Assembly (NCBI RefSeq): GCF_000007185.1 | Contig: NC_003551.1 | Coordinates: 695,456 to 727,455, forward strand | Direction: 5' to 3' | DNA: 32,000 nt | From: Methanopyrus kandleri AV19 | GTDB lineage: Archaea > JAADCQ01 > Methanopyri > Methanopyrales > Methanopyraceae | Shown here: one piece after another, positions 1-9,616 of the stretch | Layout of the letters: each line of letters starts with the position of its first letter | Numbering within the stretch: the stretch's first letter is position 1 | Notes under the pieces: model-generated | What the model saw: only the letters and a program-made list of their open reading frames with translations | Databases searched by the model: none | What the model was told of the DNA's origin: nothing | Program-made: the position numbers and the translations under genes

Positions 1-2
1 CG

Positions 3-506
3 ATGGAGCCCGACGATCTCGTTCCCCCGATGCCGGTGTTCGGCAGAGGGCACCGAGTCCACGTGACCGGGCTCACCCACGACGAGCGAGGATATCCGGC
101 TACGGACGACCCCGAGGTTCATCGCAAGCTCGTCATGAGGCTGTGCAACAAGGTCAGGAAGCGGGCTCGAGAGATCCACGAGGAGGTAGGGTACGACTTC
201 GAGGAGCGCGAGTCCGACGTCGCCCTAGTGGCCTACGGAGGCTGCGCCAGGACCGTGATCGAGGCGGCCGAGGAGCTCGGGGTCACCGTCTTCCGCCCCA
301 AGGTTGTCCACCCGTTCGACCCCGATATGATCCGTGACTTACTCGACGGCTACGAGGTCCTAGTCGTCGAGATGAACTTGGGTCAGTACGTCGAGATGGT
401 CGAGCGTGCCCTGGATCGCGAGTGCGTGCACCTGCTCGGCTATCCGGGTGGCTATCCACCGACCCCAGAGCGCGTAATCCGTGAGGTGAAGAAGCTCTCG
501 GGGTGA
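3..506 (+). CDS. korA: 2-oxoglutarate:ferredoxin oxidoreductase (2-oxoacid synthase) alpha subunit, C-terminal part, truncated by window edge
   Basis: Protein GRGHRVHVTGLTHDERGYPATDD...VALVAYGGCARTVIEAAEELG...VEMNLGQ is typical of the KorA C-terminal region; directly followed by KorB-like and KorC-like ORFs. Confidence 0.9.
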   Translation: MEPDDLVPPMPVFGRGHRVHVTGLTHDERGYPATDDPEVHRKLVMRLCNKVRKRAREIHEEVGYDFEERESDVALVAYGGCARTVIEAAEELGVTVFRPKVVHPFDPDMIRDLLDGYEVLVVEMNLGQYVEMVERALDRECVHLLGYPGGYPPTPERVIREVKKLSG

Positions 507-1318
507 CCGTCGTGGATTGGAAGGAGCTCGTACGCTGGGACCGCATGCCGCACATCCTCTGCCCCGGTTGTGGGAACGGCACCATCCTGAACGCGCTGGT
601 TCGCGTCCTGGCGGAGAAGTTCGAGGAAGGGGAGCTCGATCCGGATAAGACGGTGCTGGTCTCCGGCATCGGTTGCTCGTCCAGATTACCGGGCTACGTG
701 AAACTGGACTCCCTTCACACTACCCACGGTCGTCCACTGGCCTTCGCGACTGGAATCAAGCTGGCGAACCCCGACCTCGAGGTCATCGTGATCACCGGTG
801 ACGGTGACGCGGCCGCCATCGGTGGGAACCACCTGATCCACGCCGCCCGCAGGAACTTGGACGTCACGGTGATCTGTGCCAACAACTACATTTACGGAAT
901 GACGGGCGGCCAGGTCAGCCCCACGACGCCCAGAGGTGCCAAGTCGACCACGACTCCCTACGGGAACCCGGAGCCACCGTTCGACCTTTGTGAGCTCGTT
1001 ATGGGGGCCGGAGCCCCTCACGTGGAGCGGTGGACCACGGCTCATCCCGCCCAGTTGAAGGCCGCGATCGCCCGTGCCCTCGAGCGCGAAGGTTTCTCCT
1101 TCATCGACGTGCTCTGTCAGTGTCCCACGAACTACGGCCGGAGGAACGACATGAGGGACCCTCGAGAGATGGTCGAGTGGCTCCGGGAGAACACCTCCAC
1201 GCGGGAGGAGGAAGGCAAGATCCGGATCGGAATCCTCCGCGATGAGGAGCGCGAGCCTTTCCACAAGCGCATGTACGACATGATCGAGGAGGTGAGAACG
1301 GGTGAGGAAGGAGATTAG
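503..1318 (+). CDS. korB: 2-oxoglutarate:ferredoxin oxidoreductase beta subunit (TPP-binding)
   Basis: HILCPGCGNGTILNAL, GIGCSSRLPGYV, TTHGRPLAFATGIKLANPDLEVIVITGDGDAAAIGGNH (TPP motif GDGD). Confidence 0.95.
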   Translation: MTVVDWKELVRWDRMPHILCPGCGNGTILNALVRVLAEKFEEGELDPDKTVLVSGIGCSSRLPGYVKLDSLHTTHGRPLAFATGIKLANPDLEVIVITGDGDAAAIGGNHLIHAARRNLDVTVICANNYIYGMTGGQVSPTTPRGAKSTTTPYGNPEPPFDLCELVMGAGAPHVERWTTAHPAQLKAAIARALEREGFSFIDVLCQCPTNYGRRNDMRDPREMVEWLRENTSTREEEGKIRIGILRDEEREPFHKRMYDMIEEVRTGEEGD

Positions 1319-1832
1319 GATCAGCGGGTTCGGCGGTCAAGGGATAGTACTCGCCGGCGTGGTTCTGGGCCGGGCCGCCGCGGTTTACGAGGGGTACAAC
1401 GCCGTGCAGACGCAATCCTACGGGCCGGAGGCCCGGGGCGGTGCCTCGCGCTCGGACGTGATAGTATCCGACGAGGAGGTCATGTACCCGTACGTACGCC
1501 GACCCGACTTCCTCGTGACTATGTCGCAAGAAGCCTACGAGAAGTACGTGGGGAGCGTTCCCGAGGACGGTCTCGTCGTCTACGACTCGACGCTCGTCGA
1601 ACCCTCCCGCGAGGACGTCGAGCACGTGGGCGTCCCCGCGACCGAGCTCGCCGAGGAAGAGCTCGGGCTCAGGATCGTCGCTAACATGGTCATCTTAGGC
1701 GCGTTGCGTGAGCTCACCGGGATCGTCTCGTTCGACTCACTACGAAAGGCCGTCGAGGATTCCGTACCGCCCGGGACGGAGGACGTCAACGTCCGGGCCC
1801 TCAAGCTCGGAGCCCGGGAGGTGAGGGAATGA
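1302..1832 (+). CDS. korC: 2-oxoglutarate:ferredoxin oxidoreductase gamma subunit
   Basis: EIRISGFGGQGIVLAGVVLGRAAAVYEGYNAVQTQSYGPEARGGASRSDVIVSDEE is the hallmark gamma-subunit motif; overlaps the korB end. Confidence 0.93.
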   Translation: MRKEIRISGFGGQGIVLAGVVLGRAAAVYEGYNAVQTQSYGPEARGGASRSDVIVSDEEVMYPYVRRPDFLVTMSQEAYEKYVGSVPEDGLVVYDSTLVEPSREDVEHVGVPATELAEEELGLRIVANMVILGALRELTGIVSFDSLRKAVEDSVPPGTEDVNVRALKLGAREVRE

Positions 1833-2908
1833 TCAGGCTGTTGGAGTACCAGGCTAAGCATCTGCTCAAGGAGGCCGGGGTGCCGATTCCAGAAGGCGAC
1901 GTCGCCCGCACCTCGGCGGACGCGGCCCGGATCGCCGCCGAACTCGGGGGACCGGTGGCCGTCAAGGCGCAGGTGCCCGTCGGGGCCCGTGGTAAAGCCG
2001 GGGGTATCCTGTTCGCGGACGACCCGGAAGGGGCCAGAAAGGCCGCCCGGAAGCTGCTCGGCTCGCGGATCCGGGGTGAGACCGTCAGGAAGGTGCTCGT
2101 GGAAGAGAAACTGGACATAGCCGAGGAATGGTACGTGTCCATAACGCTCGACCGTGCGAAGCGTAGGCCCGTACTCCTCGTCTCCCGCGAAGGTGGAGTA
2201 GATATCGAAGAGGTTCCGGACGAGAAGATCGCCCGCAGGTACCTCGACCCGATCCTAGGATTACGCCCCTTCGAAGCTCGAGAGGCGATCCTCGAGGCGG
2301 GTATCCCGAAGGAGCACCTGCGGGACGTCGAGGAAGTGATCACATCCATGTACGAGGTGTTCGAGAGCTACGACGCTCACCTCGTGGAGATCAACCCGCT
2401 AGTTCTTACGGAGAACGGGGAGGTAGTGGCCGCGGACGCTGTCGTGAACCTGGACGAAGACGCCGCCAATATCCGGCACCCGGAGTTCGCCGAAGAGACC
2501 CGCGATTTCCCCTTCGTCGAGCTCGACGGTGACATCGGTATCATCGCCAACGGTGCGGGTCTCACCATGGCCACCATAGATCTCGTTAAGGATCTCGGTG
2601 GTAAGCCCGCCAACTTCTTGGACGTAGGTGGTGGGGCTTACCCGACGCTCATCCGTAGAGCCATCCTCACCGTGGCCGAGCTGGACGTGAAAGTGATCCT
2701 CCTCAACATCTTCGGTGGCATCACTCGGTGTGACGAGGTGGCGGAAGGTATCGTTCAAGCCCTCGACGACGTGGACGTCCCGCTCGTGGTGAGGCTCGTG
2801 GGGACGAACGAGGAGGAAGGTCATCGCATACTCCGCGAGCACGGGGTCGACGTCTACACCGAGCTTAAGGAGGCGGTCGAACGCGCGGTCGAGTTAGCGG
2901 GGGCTTAG
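1829..2908 (+). CDS. sucC: Succinyl-CoA synthetase (ADP-forming) beta subunit
   Basis: [20 protein letters not shown]; [22 protein letters not shown]; [41 protein letters not shown]. Confidence 0.95.
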   Translation: MIRLLEYQAKHLLKEAGVPIPEGDVARTSADAARIAAELGGPVAVKAQVPVGARGKAGGILFADDPEGARKAARKLLGSRIRGETVRKVLVEEKLDIAEEWYVSITLDRAKRRPVLLVSREGGVDIEEVPDEKIARRYLDPILGLRPFEAREAILEAGIPKEHLRDVEEVITSMYEVFESYDAHLVEINPLVLTENGEVVAADAVVNLDEDAANIRHPEFAEETRDFPFVELDGDIGIIANGAGLTMATIDLVKDLGGKPANFLDVGGGAYPTLIRRAILTVAELDVKVILLNIFGGITRCDEVAEGIVQALDDVDVPLVVRLVGTNEEEGHRILREHGVDVYTELKEAVERAVELAGA

Positions 2909-2911
2909 CCC

Positions 2912-3775
2912 TTGTTAGACTCAGACACGCGCGTCCTCGTGCAGGGTATCACGGGCCGGCACGGAAGTTTCCATACGAAGCTAATGCTGGAGTACGGGAC
3001 CGAAATCGTCGCCGGCGTAACCCCCGGCCGGGGCGGCCAGGAGGTTCACGGGGTCCCGGTCTACGACACCGTCGAAGAAGCCGTCGAAGAGACCGACGCC
3101 GAGGCTTCCGTCATATTCGTTCCAGCTCCGCAGGCACCCGACGCGGTCATGGAAGCCATCGAGGCGGGGCTCGATCCCATCGTCGTGATCACCGAGCACA
3201 TACCGGCTCACGACACCATGCGGTTCGTCGAGCTAGCCCGGTGGGAAGGTATCCGCATTATCGGCCCTAACACTCCCGGAATCATCGTACCGCCGGAGCG
3301 GGTGAAGCTGGGGATCATGCCTCATCAAGTGTTCACCGAGGGTGAAGTGGCCGTAGCGTCGAGGAGCGGTACCCTCACGTACGAGATCGTTCAGGCGATG
3401 ACCGAGGCCGGACTCGGTCAGTCCCTCTGCGTGGGACTCGGGGGCGACCAAATCGTCGGAACTACCTTCATAGACTTCTTGGAGTACGTCCGGGAAGATG
3501 ATCGCACCGAGGCCGTGGTTCTCATCGGGGAGATAGGTGGAAATGCGGAAGAGCTCGCCGCCGAGTACATCGCGGAAACCGACTTCCCGAAGCCCGTCGT
3601 CGCCTACATCGCCGGCCGTCACGCCCCACCCGGCAAACGTATGGGCCACGCCGGGGCCATCATCGAGAGAGGTCGTGGAACCGCGGAGTCCAAGATCGAA
3701 GCTTTCCGAAAGGCAGGAGTCGATGTAGCCGAGAAGCCGTGGGAAGTGCCGGAGCTGCTTCGGGAGTACCTCTAG
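2912..3775 (+). CDS. sucD: Succinyl-CoA synthetase alpha subunit (TTG start)
   Basis: [47 protein letters not shown]; IGPNTPGII; [11 protein letters not shown] (active-site His). Confidence 0.95.
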   Translation: MLDSDTRVLVQGITGRHGSFHTKLMLEYGTEIVAGVTPGRGGQEVHGVPVYDTVEEAVEETDAEASVIFVPAPQAPDAVMEAIEAGLDPIVVITEHIPAHDTMRFVELARWEGIRIIGPNTPGIIVPPERVKLGIMPHQVFTEGEVAVASRSGTLTYEIVQAMTEAGLGQSLCVGLGGDQIVGTTFIDFLEYVREDDRTEAVVLIGEIGGNAEELAAEYIAETDFPKPVVAYIAGRHAPPGKRMGHAGAIIERGRGTAESKIEAFRKAGVDVAEKPWEVPELLREYL

Positions 3776-4636
3776 TTGAAACTCTCCGTCCCCGGTGCCC
3801 TGACGGGCTTTTTTCACCCGCAGCCCGGTAAGACGCCGAAAGACACAGGATCGCCCGGCTTCGGCCTAGCCGTCGATTCCGTTGTGATCGTACGTGTCCG
3901 ACGCCTTCGGGCTGAGCGTCTCAGAGTTCGCGCAGATCATCCAATCGACTCTCGAATAGCCCGGAAGTGCTACGAAGTGCTCGATCCCGATGGGGGCCTC
4001 AGCGTTCGTTACGAATTCTCCGTACCCCCTGGTTGCGGCTTAGGGACCAGTGCGGCCTCCGCCCTGGGAACGTTGGCGGCCGGGGCCGCCGAGATAGGTC
4101 TCGAGGTGAGCCCCGAGTGGATCGCACGTCGCGCTTACGAGATAGAGCTAGAGCTAGGTACGGGCATCGGTGACGTGGTAACGATCTGGCACGGCGGAGC
4201 CGTCCTCCGGGTCGGACCCGGGTACCCGGACGAGGTTCTCATCCACCGAATACCAGTCGAACCGGACCTCCGTGTCCTGATCTATGAGCCCCGACCTATC
4301 GAGACTCGCGAGGCACTCGATGGACTTTCGGGCACCGAGGTAGCCCTCAGGTACCTGAAGGAACTCGAGAGGCACCCGGATCTCGAACTCGCGCTCCGTA
4401 GGTCGTTGGAATTCGCCGAACGGCTCGGATTCTCCGAGGAAGTTAAGCTCGCCAAGGAGCTCTCCCACAAGCACCTGGGAGCTTCGATCGCCATGCTCAG
4501 TCGAACGGTTTTCGCGGTATCGTGGGAACAGGATCCACAAGCCGACGTCGAGCTCCCTGTATCCTGCAGCTCCTTCCCGGAAATCATTTCAGGAATTTCC
4601 GAAATTCAGTGTGAACGGGGACTGAGAGATGTGTGA
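3776..4636 (+). CDS. Archaeal GHMP-family kinase, pantoate kinase-like (TTG start)
   Basis: PGALTGFFHPQPGKTPKDTGSPGFGLAVD N-terminus and GCGLGTSAASALGTLAAGA GHMP phosphate-binding motif. Confidence 0.8.
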   Translation: MKLSVPGALTGFFHPQPGKTPKDTGSPGFGLAVDSVVIVRVRRLRAERLRVRADHPIDSRIARKCYEVLDPDGGLSVRYEFSVPPGCGLGTSAASALGTLAAGAAEIGLEVSPEWIARRAYEIELELGTGIGDVVTIWHGGAVLRVGPGYPDEVLIHRIPVEPDLRVLIYEPRPIETREALDGLSGTEVALRYLKELERHPDLELALRRSLEFAERLGFSEEVKLAKELSHKHLGASIAMLSRTVFAVSWEQDPQADVELPVSCSSFPEIISGISEIQCERGLRDV

Positions 4637-4805
4637 GTTCACTGTCAAACTAGGTGGTGAGGTGATCGCGGAGGACGTCCTGTACCTGGAAGTGACGGAG
4701 GAGGGTGTCGTACTGCGCGACGTGATGGGGGAGGAACAGGTGATCGAAGGTGCCCAAGTCAAGCGCATCGACATGGACGAGCACGTGGTGGAGCTCGAGC
4801 GCTGA
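4629..4805 (+). CDS. Small CooT-like protein, 58 aa, absent from the supplied ORF track
   Basis: ATG at 4629: MCEFTVKLGGEVIAEDVLYLEVTEEGVVLRDVMGEEQVIEGAQVKRIDMDEHVVELER, stop at 4803-4805. The MCE.. start and hydrophobic/acidic pattern resemble the small CooT-type (predicted RNA-binding/Ni-binding) family; overlaps the upstream gene end by 8 nt. Confidence 0.75.
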   Translation: MCEFTVKLGGEVIAEDVLYLEVTEEGVVLRDVMGEEQVIEGAQVKRIDMDEHVVELER

Positions 4806-4893
4806 CCCCCAGTTCAGGTCCCGACCCCGGGCACCGAGGATCGTTATGGACACCATAACGGTCATGAGTGGGGCTCGGCGCTCATGGGACTCG

Positions 4894-5550
4894 TCACCGT
4901 TCGGCCGGCCTGGAAGTCCTCATCGCCCGAGTCAAATCCTTCGCCGCTTCCACGGGGTCGTGCGCTTCCGTGATCGCCCGACCGACTATCTCGAAATCCG
5001 CACCAGCTCGCACCGCGTCACCGGGCGCCGCTCCCTGAGCTCCTACACCGGGGCTGGCGATGAGCTTGTCGGTGATCTTCCGGACCTCCCGGACTCTCTC
5101 GGGTCTCGTCGCCGGGGCCACGTACCCGACAACACCGTCGATGTCGTCGCATGCTTTAACGATGTCCCGGCAAGCTCGATCGTAGAACTCCCGCGCCCCC
5201 GGGTGACTCATCGTAGCTACCACGAACACCGGTAGCACCTCAGCGCATTCCTCGACGACGTCCGGACCTACGAACCCGTGAACTATGGCGGCGTTGGCGC
5301 CGGCCTCGCTCACACGCTCGACGATCGACCGCGATATCTCCGGAATGTCCGCCGTTTTCAAATCCACGAGCAGGAACGATTCTTCTAGCACTTCGGCGAC
5401 CCGCTCTATCCCCGCCGCCCCTTCGGCCAGCACCACTTCGTACCCTACTTTGAACCCGTCGACGTATCCGTCAAGTGTTTCCGCGATCTCCACCGCGCGA
5501 TCCGGTGACACGTCCAGCGCAACGATCAGGCGCGTATCGGGTTCGAGCAC
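4894..5550 (-). CDS. pyrF: Orotidine 5'-phosphate decarboxylase
   Basis: LIVALDVSPDRAVEIAE; LLVDLKTADIP (DxKxxDI-type active site); SPGVGAQGAAPGDAVRAGADFEIVGRAITEAHDP. Confidence 0.93.
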   Translation of the reverse strand: MLEPDTRLIVALDVSPDRAVEIAETLDGYVDGFKVGYEVVLAEGAAGIERVAEVLEESFLLVDLKTADIPEISRSIVERVSEAGANAAIVHGFVGPDVVEECAEVLPVFVVATMSHPGAREFYDRACRDIVKACDDIDGVVGYVAPATRPERVREVRKITDKLIASPGVGAQGAAPGDAVRAGADFEIVGRAITEAHDPVEAAKDLTRAMRTSRPAER

Positions 5551-6023
5551 CTGATCGCCCCCGTCAACAGTTCCGCAGCGTGGTACCCGAGGTCGAAGGT
5601 TATGACGGCGAGTGCCGTGATACCGTCCAGGACCCCAAATGCCCAGCCCACCACGGCTCCGATCTTGAGTACGGGTCGTAATCCCGTGGGTTCGACGGGG
5701 TGAATGATCTCGTCGAGGGTCGCTAAGACCGTGATGACCAGCAAGGTGAGCGGGGTTACCTCGGGGCGCGTGATCAGGACGCCGAGCGCTACGATAGCGG
5801 CGGCCGCGAGGTGGGGAATCTCGTCGATCTTACCGGCGACGGCGTTGCCGAGGATCAGTCCCAGGTATAAGTCCGGCCTTACCCCGGTGGCCACGGAAGC
5901 TAGGGCCGCGGCCGCCGCCACGAGCCCGCACGGTAACGCCCACTGCGGCCGGCTCAACTCATCTACCAAGTCGTCCGCGATCTTCAGCGCGAACCCGGAC
6001 ACCGCCGCCAGCTCAGGCCCCAA
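5526..6023 (-). CDS. Uncharacterized integral membrane protein
   Basis: 165 aa open frame, several hydrophobic segments, packed between pyrF and the deoxyhypusine synthase gene on the same strand. Confidence 0.65.
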   Translation of the reverse strand: MGPELAAVSGFALKIADDLVDELSRPQWALPCGLVAAAAALASVATGVRPDLYLGLILGNAVAGKIDEIPHLAAAAIVALGVLITRPEVTPLTLLVITVLATLDEIIHPVEPTGLRPVLKIGAVVGWAFGVLDGITALAVITFDLGYHAAELLTGAIRCSNPIRA

Positions 6024-6917
6024 TCATACGATCCCCAGCCGCTGCATGACGCCGGATGCGAGCAGTGGGAAGATTATCAGGTAGTCCCCCACGATGGTGG
6101 CCACCTCGGCGTCTTCTCGCACCTTCTCCCACGATTTACCTTCCTCCAGAGGCGCACCACTGAGGCTTCCCGTTTCGGGCCTATCCATCGTGATCTGAAC
6201 GGCGTAGTCCAGACCACCTCGAAGCATCGCGGCCCCCATCGCGAAGTGCTTCGGCACGCTCCCGCCTAAGATGATGGCTCCTAACTCCTCGGCTTCGAAA
6301 ACGAGGTCCGCGAGATGGTGCATATCGTCCACAAGGTCCAGGTGAAAGTCGTGATCCTGTGAGTGTATCCACACGTGCAGGCCGACCATCGAGTCCAGTA
6401 TTCCCGGCGAGTATATCGGCACTCCTTCGTCGGCTGCGGCCCTGAGGAAGCCGCTCTCGAGCCTCTTCCCCATTTCCCACAGCAGCTCTCGGCAGGATAC
6501 GCGCCCCGAGAGATCGGAGAGGACTTCCCGCATGAAGTGCTCGAACTTCTCGAACGCTTCCGTCGGTATGTGCGTATCATGAACCCGACCGTACCCATCG
6601 ACGTTGCGCTCTCCCAAGCACACGTGGATACCGCCGAGGGCGTCCAGGGCGTCGTGAACTACGTTAGCGCCGGACGTGATCACGGCGTCGACGAGGCCTT
6701 CACGGATGAGCCGCTCGAAGAGCTCGCCGAGTCCACCCGCTACCGCAGGGCCGGCTACGGTGAGGAGGACCGTGACGTCGTCCGAAGACCACATCTTCTC
6801 CAAGATCCGTGCCGCTCTACCCAATCTTCCGGCGCCTAACGCGCCGACGCGTTCCATCTCTCGCAGGAACCCGTCGAGGTCCATGTCGCCTCGATACCTG
6901 AACGTTTCACGCTTCAC
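6024..6917 (-). CDS. dys: Deoxyhypusine synthase
   Basis: TVAGPAVAGGLGELFERLIREGLVDAVITSGANVVHD; active-site Lys region GGSVPKHFAMGAAMLRGGLDYAVQITMDRPETGSLSGAPLEEGKSWEKV. Confidence 0.92.
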   Translation of the reverse strand: MKRETFRYRGDMDLDGFLREMERVGALGAGRLGRAARILEKMWSSDDVTVLLTVAGPAVAGGLGELFERLIREGLVDAVITSGANVVHDALDALGGIHVCLGERNVDGYGRVHDTHIPTEAFEKFEHFMREVLSDLSGRVSCRELLWEMGKRLESGFLRAAADEGVPIYSPGILDSMVGLHVWIHSQDHDFHLDLVDDMHHLADLVFEAEELGAIILGGSVPKHFAMGAAMLRGGLDYAVQITMDRPETGSLSGAPLEEGKSWEKVREDAEVATIVGDYLIIFPLLASGVMQRLGIV

Positions 6918-7738
6918 CTTTCAGCCACTCCCTTGAGGTATTCGCCCACCAAGCGGGCGGCCGTCACCGGCGACACGTGGCTTTCGACCGTGGGACAGAG
7001 CTCGACTACATCTAGGTGAGCACGCTTCCGACCGGCCCATCTCAAGATGTCGGCGCAGAGGCGGTACGGGAGTCCCCCCGGTTCTGGAGTGGTTACACCC
7101 GGGACTACGGACGGATCCAGGACGTCGAGGTCTAGCGACACGTAGTCCACGTCGTCGATTACCTCGGTTATATCTCCGTGATCGACGGAGACCACGTGCT
7201 CGTGCTCGCGGAACACGTCGTACTCTTCCCGGGACCAACACCTGACGCCTACCAAGAACACCTCGTCGACGATCTCCAGGCAGCCCCGTAGGGCCCCGTC
7301 GTGACGTTCGGATCTACGGAGGTCCGGGTGCGCGTCCAGCCAGAGCAAACGCCGTGGGGTGAGTTCTTGAACGATTTCGGGCGTGATAGAGTGATCGCCG
7401 CCGAGCACCACGAATATCTCGGGCTCGCTTTCAGGCTCGAACGTCCTGAGGTTCCCCTCATCTACCAGGGTCAGGATTTCCAGCGGGTCACCGACCTCCG
7501 GGTCGTAAAAGTCCAGGGTGGAAGCCGCCGACCTCACGGCGTTCGGAGCCTCGGCTTGTCCGGTCGGGTACTCTGGGAGCACACGCTCCCTGGGAAGTCC
7601 GACTACGGCTACATCCGGGGATTTCACGTCGTCGGATGAAAACGAGAGTGGGAAGCGGGGTTCACTCTTCCTCCTTGATTCCCACAATTTTACGCTTGCC
7701 CGCTGCCTCCATGTACTCCACCATGGTTCCCGGTTCAA
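6914..7738 (-). CDS. speB: Agmatinase / ureohydrolase; true start probably downstream of 7738 (for example TTG 7687 or GTG 7627) because the 5' end overlaps the eIF5A gene
   Basis: [44 protein letters not shown] ureohydrolase Mn-ligand motifs. Confidence 0.9.
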   Translation of the reverse strand: MNREPWWSTWRQRASVKLWESRRKSEPRFPLSFSSDDVKSPDVAVVGLPRERVLPEYPTGQAEAPNAVRSAASTLDFYDPEVGDPLEILTLVDEGNLRTFEPESEPEIFVVLGGDHSITPEIVQELTPRRLLWLDAHPDLRRSERHDGALRGCLEIVDEVFLVGVRCWSREEYDVFREHEHVVSVDHGDITEVIDDVDYVSLDLDVLDPSVVPGVTTPEPGGLPYRLCADILRWAGRKRAHLDVVELCPTVESHVSPVTAARLVGEYLKGVAER

Positions 7739-8066
7739 GCTGCGAGGCGAGTTCCTCGTCCTCCGGCTTCTGAACTTCGAATGTCTCGTAGGTTTCCATA
7801 TCCATCAGCTGCACCGTATCACCCATATCGGAGACTACCTGGGCTGTCTTCCGCTCGATCACCGGTACATCCACCTTCGCGTCCACCGGTTTAGTAAGCG
7901 TGCGCTTCTTACCGTCGAACAGCCCTACCGCTACGATCCGCGCCTTCGCCGAACCGTGCTTACCCGGTGAGGACGTGGTGTACTCCACAATCTTACACGG
8001 CTCGTCGTCGATCATGATGTACTTGCCCTTCTTAAGCTGCCGCACCTCGACTTTCTTCACGGCCAC
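7662..8066 (-). CDS. eif5a: Translation initiation factor 5A (aIF5A/eIF5A)
   Basis: Hypusination loop [25 protein letters not shown] and overall length of about 134 aa. Confidence 0.97.
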   Translation of the reverse strand: MAVKKVEVRQLKKGKYIMIDDEPCKIVEYTTSSPGKHGSAKARIVAVGLFDGKKRTLTKPVDAKVDVPVIERKTAQVVSDMGDTVQLMDMETYETFEVQKPEDEELASQLEPGTMVEYMEAAGKRKIVGIKEEE

Positions 8067-8140
8067 GTCCAGAACCCCCTTCCCGGAGTGTCACGGCGCG
8101 AGCGAGATCCCTCCTAATAAGCTTCGCGAGGGGGATAGGA

Positions 8141-8596
8141 TTGCTGGGAGTACCTAAGAAGTACGCCCTAGTATCCGGAACCGGCGAGGCAGATACGTCC
8201 CTAGCGGCCTTCGACGCCGCGCTGATCGATGCGGGGATAGGTGACTGCAACCTCGTGGAGCTGTCCAGCATACTTCCCCCGAACGCTGAGGAGGACGACC
8301 TTCCGGAGTTCCCACCCGGGTCCATAGTGCCGGCCGTAGTAGCGAAGGCCGTGGGACGCGGCCTGGTGTCGAGCTGCATCTGCGTAGGAAGGCTGGAGTC
8401 CGGTCTCGGGATCGTTTCGGAACGGGCCGCCACCGATAGCGTAGAAACGGTTCGGAGGCTCGCTAAAAGGGACGTCGAGGAGATGGCTAGACTCCGCGGT
8501 GAGAAGCTCGTGGAAGTGCGCACGGTCACGGCTTCTACCGAGCCCGAGGACGCGGAATGGGCGGCGGCGGTAGCGGCGGTGGTCTTCTGGGGGTGA
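8141..8596 (+). CDS. pdaD: Pyruvoyl-dependent arginine decarboxylase (TTG start)
   Basis: PKKYALVSGTGEADTSLAAFDAALIDAGIGDCNLVELSSILPP with Ser-Ser self-cleavage site; GRLESGLGIVSERAA. Confidence 0.93.
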   Translation: MLGVPKKYALVSGTGEADTSLAAFDAALIDAGIGDCNLVELSSILPPNAEEDDLPEFPPGSIVPAVVAKAVGRGLVSSCICVGRLESGLGIVSERAATDSVETVRRLAKRDVEEMARLRGEKLVEVRTVTASTEPEDAEWAAAVAAVVFWG

Positions 8597-8602
8597 TCTC
8601 GA

Positions 8603-9616
8603 GTGAGAGAGACCGTCGAGAAGATCGTCAAGGAGCGGGTTTTACCGGAGGTATCCAAGGTACGTCGTGGTTGGGTCGAAGTCGGTAGGGGTGCGGACGG
8701 AACTCCGACGATGCGGGTGGACGAGGTAGCGGAGCGGGAGTTCCTCCGCGGGTTAGAAGAGGAGGGCGTGGACGCGAGGGTAATCAGCGAGGAATCCGGT
8801 GAGATGCGTGTGGGTGAGGCCCCCGAGGTAACGCTGGTCTTAGACCCGCTCGACGGCTCACACAATGCCAGTCGCGGTCTTCCGTTCTACTGCGTTTCAG
8901 TCGGTATCGCCGATCCGGAGGCCGAGACTCTGGATGACGTGGAAGAGGGTTTGGTGGTTTCGGAACTGCTGACCTTCGGTCCCGGTGACGTCGAAGAGAA
9001 GCCGGTGGTGGAACGCCCGCTGGTTTCGGCGTACTACTACGGATCGGACCGGATGCCGGTTGAGTTCTCCCGGGGTCGTTTCAAGCTCCGTTGCTTGGGG
9101 TCAGTGGCCTTGGAACTGGCTTTAGTGGGGAAGGGAGCTCTGGACGGGTTCGTAGACGTTCGGGGCAGTCTGCGCCCTACGGACGTAGCGGGGGCATTCG
9201 GAGCTGCGCGAGGTGAGCTAGCCTTCATATTCGCGCGGAACGGTCGGGAGCTGGATCCTTCTGAGATACCACTGCGACCGGACTTCCGCTTCGAACTGGC
9301 AACGGCCCGGAGCGAAGATGAGGCTCGGGAGCTCTTCGAGGCCCTGAAGGAGGACGTGGGTATCCGTGTGGCGCAGCGTCTGTTCGGTAAGCATCCCGAA
9401 GGACTCTCGGAACACGCTCTGTGCGGTAAGTTAGGTGAGGAATGCTGCGAACTGGCTCACGCCGTGGGTAAGGAAGAGGGGTACGGGGAGGAGCTCGCGG
9501 ACGTGTTCGCTCTCGTCATGAACCTAGCGAACGAGCTCGACGTGGACGTTTTGACGGAACTGCGGCGTAAGTTTCGGAGGGTGTTCGGATGTTCCGACCG
9601 CAGGTCGTCGGTGTGA
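8603..9616 (+). CDS. Inositol monophosphatase/FBPase-like phosphatase with C-terminal MazG-like domain
   Basis: EREFLRGLEEEGVDARVISEESGE and LDPLDGSHNASRGLPFYCVSVG are IMPase metal-site motifs; C-terminus CGKLGEECCELAHAVGKEEGYGEELADVFALVMNLANELDVD resembles the MazG EExxE...ExxD pattern. Confidence 0.85.
   Translation: MRETVEKIVKERVLPEVSKVRRGWVEVGRGADGTPTMRVDEVAEREFLRGLEEEGVDARVISEESGEMRVGEAPEVTLVLDPLDGSHNASRGLPFYCVSVGIADPEAETLDDVEEGLVVSELLTFGPGDVEEKPVVERPLVSAYYYGSDRMPVEFSRGRFKLRCLGSVALELALVGKGALDGFVDVRGSLRPTDVAGAFGAARGELAFIFARNGRELDPSEIPLRPDFRFELATARSEDEARELFEALKEDVGIRVAQRLFGKHPEGLSEHALCGKLGEECCELAHAVGKEEGYGEELADVFALVMNLANELDVDVLTELRRKFRRVFGCSDRRSSV

Noticed and set aside
686-1264. Long minus-strand ORF (192 aa) opposite korB
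   Set aside because: Shadow of a confidently identified gene in GC-rich DNA; the product has no recognisable motif. The same reasoning applies to other antisense ORFs such as 283..669, 1101..1625, 3233..3817, 12500..12907 and 13336..13746.
6914-7738. Agmatinase start at 7738 as given by the ORF track
   Set aside because: It would overlap the eIF5A coding region by 77 nt with unrelated residues; a later TTG or GTG start is more likely.
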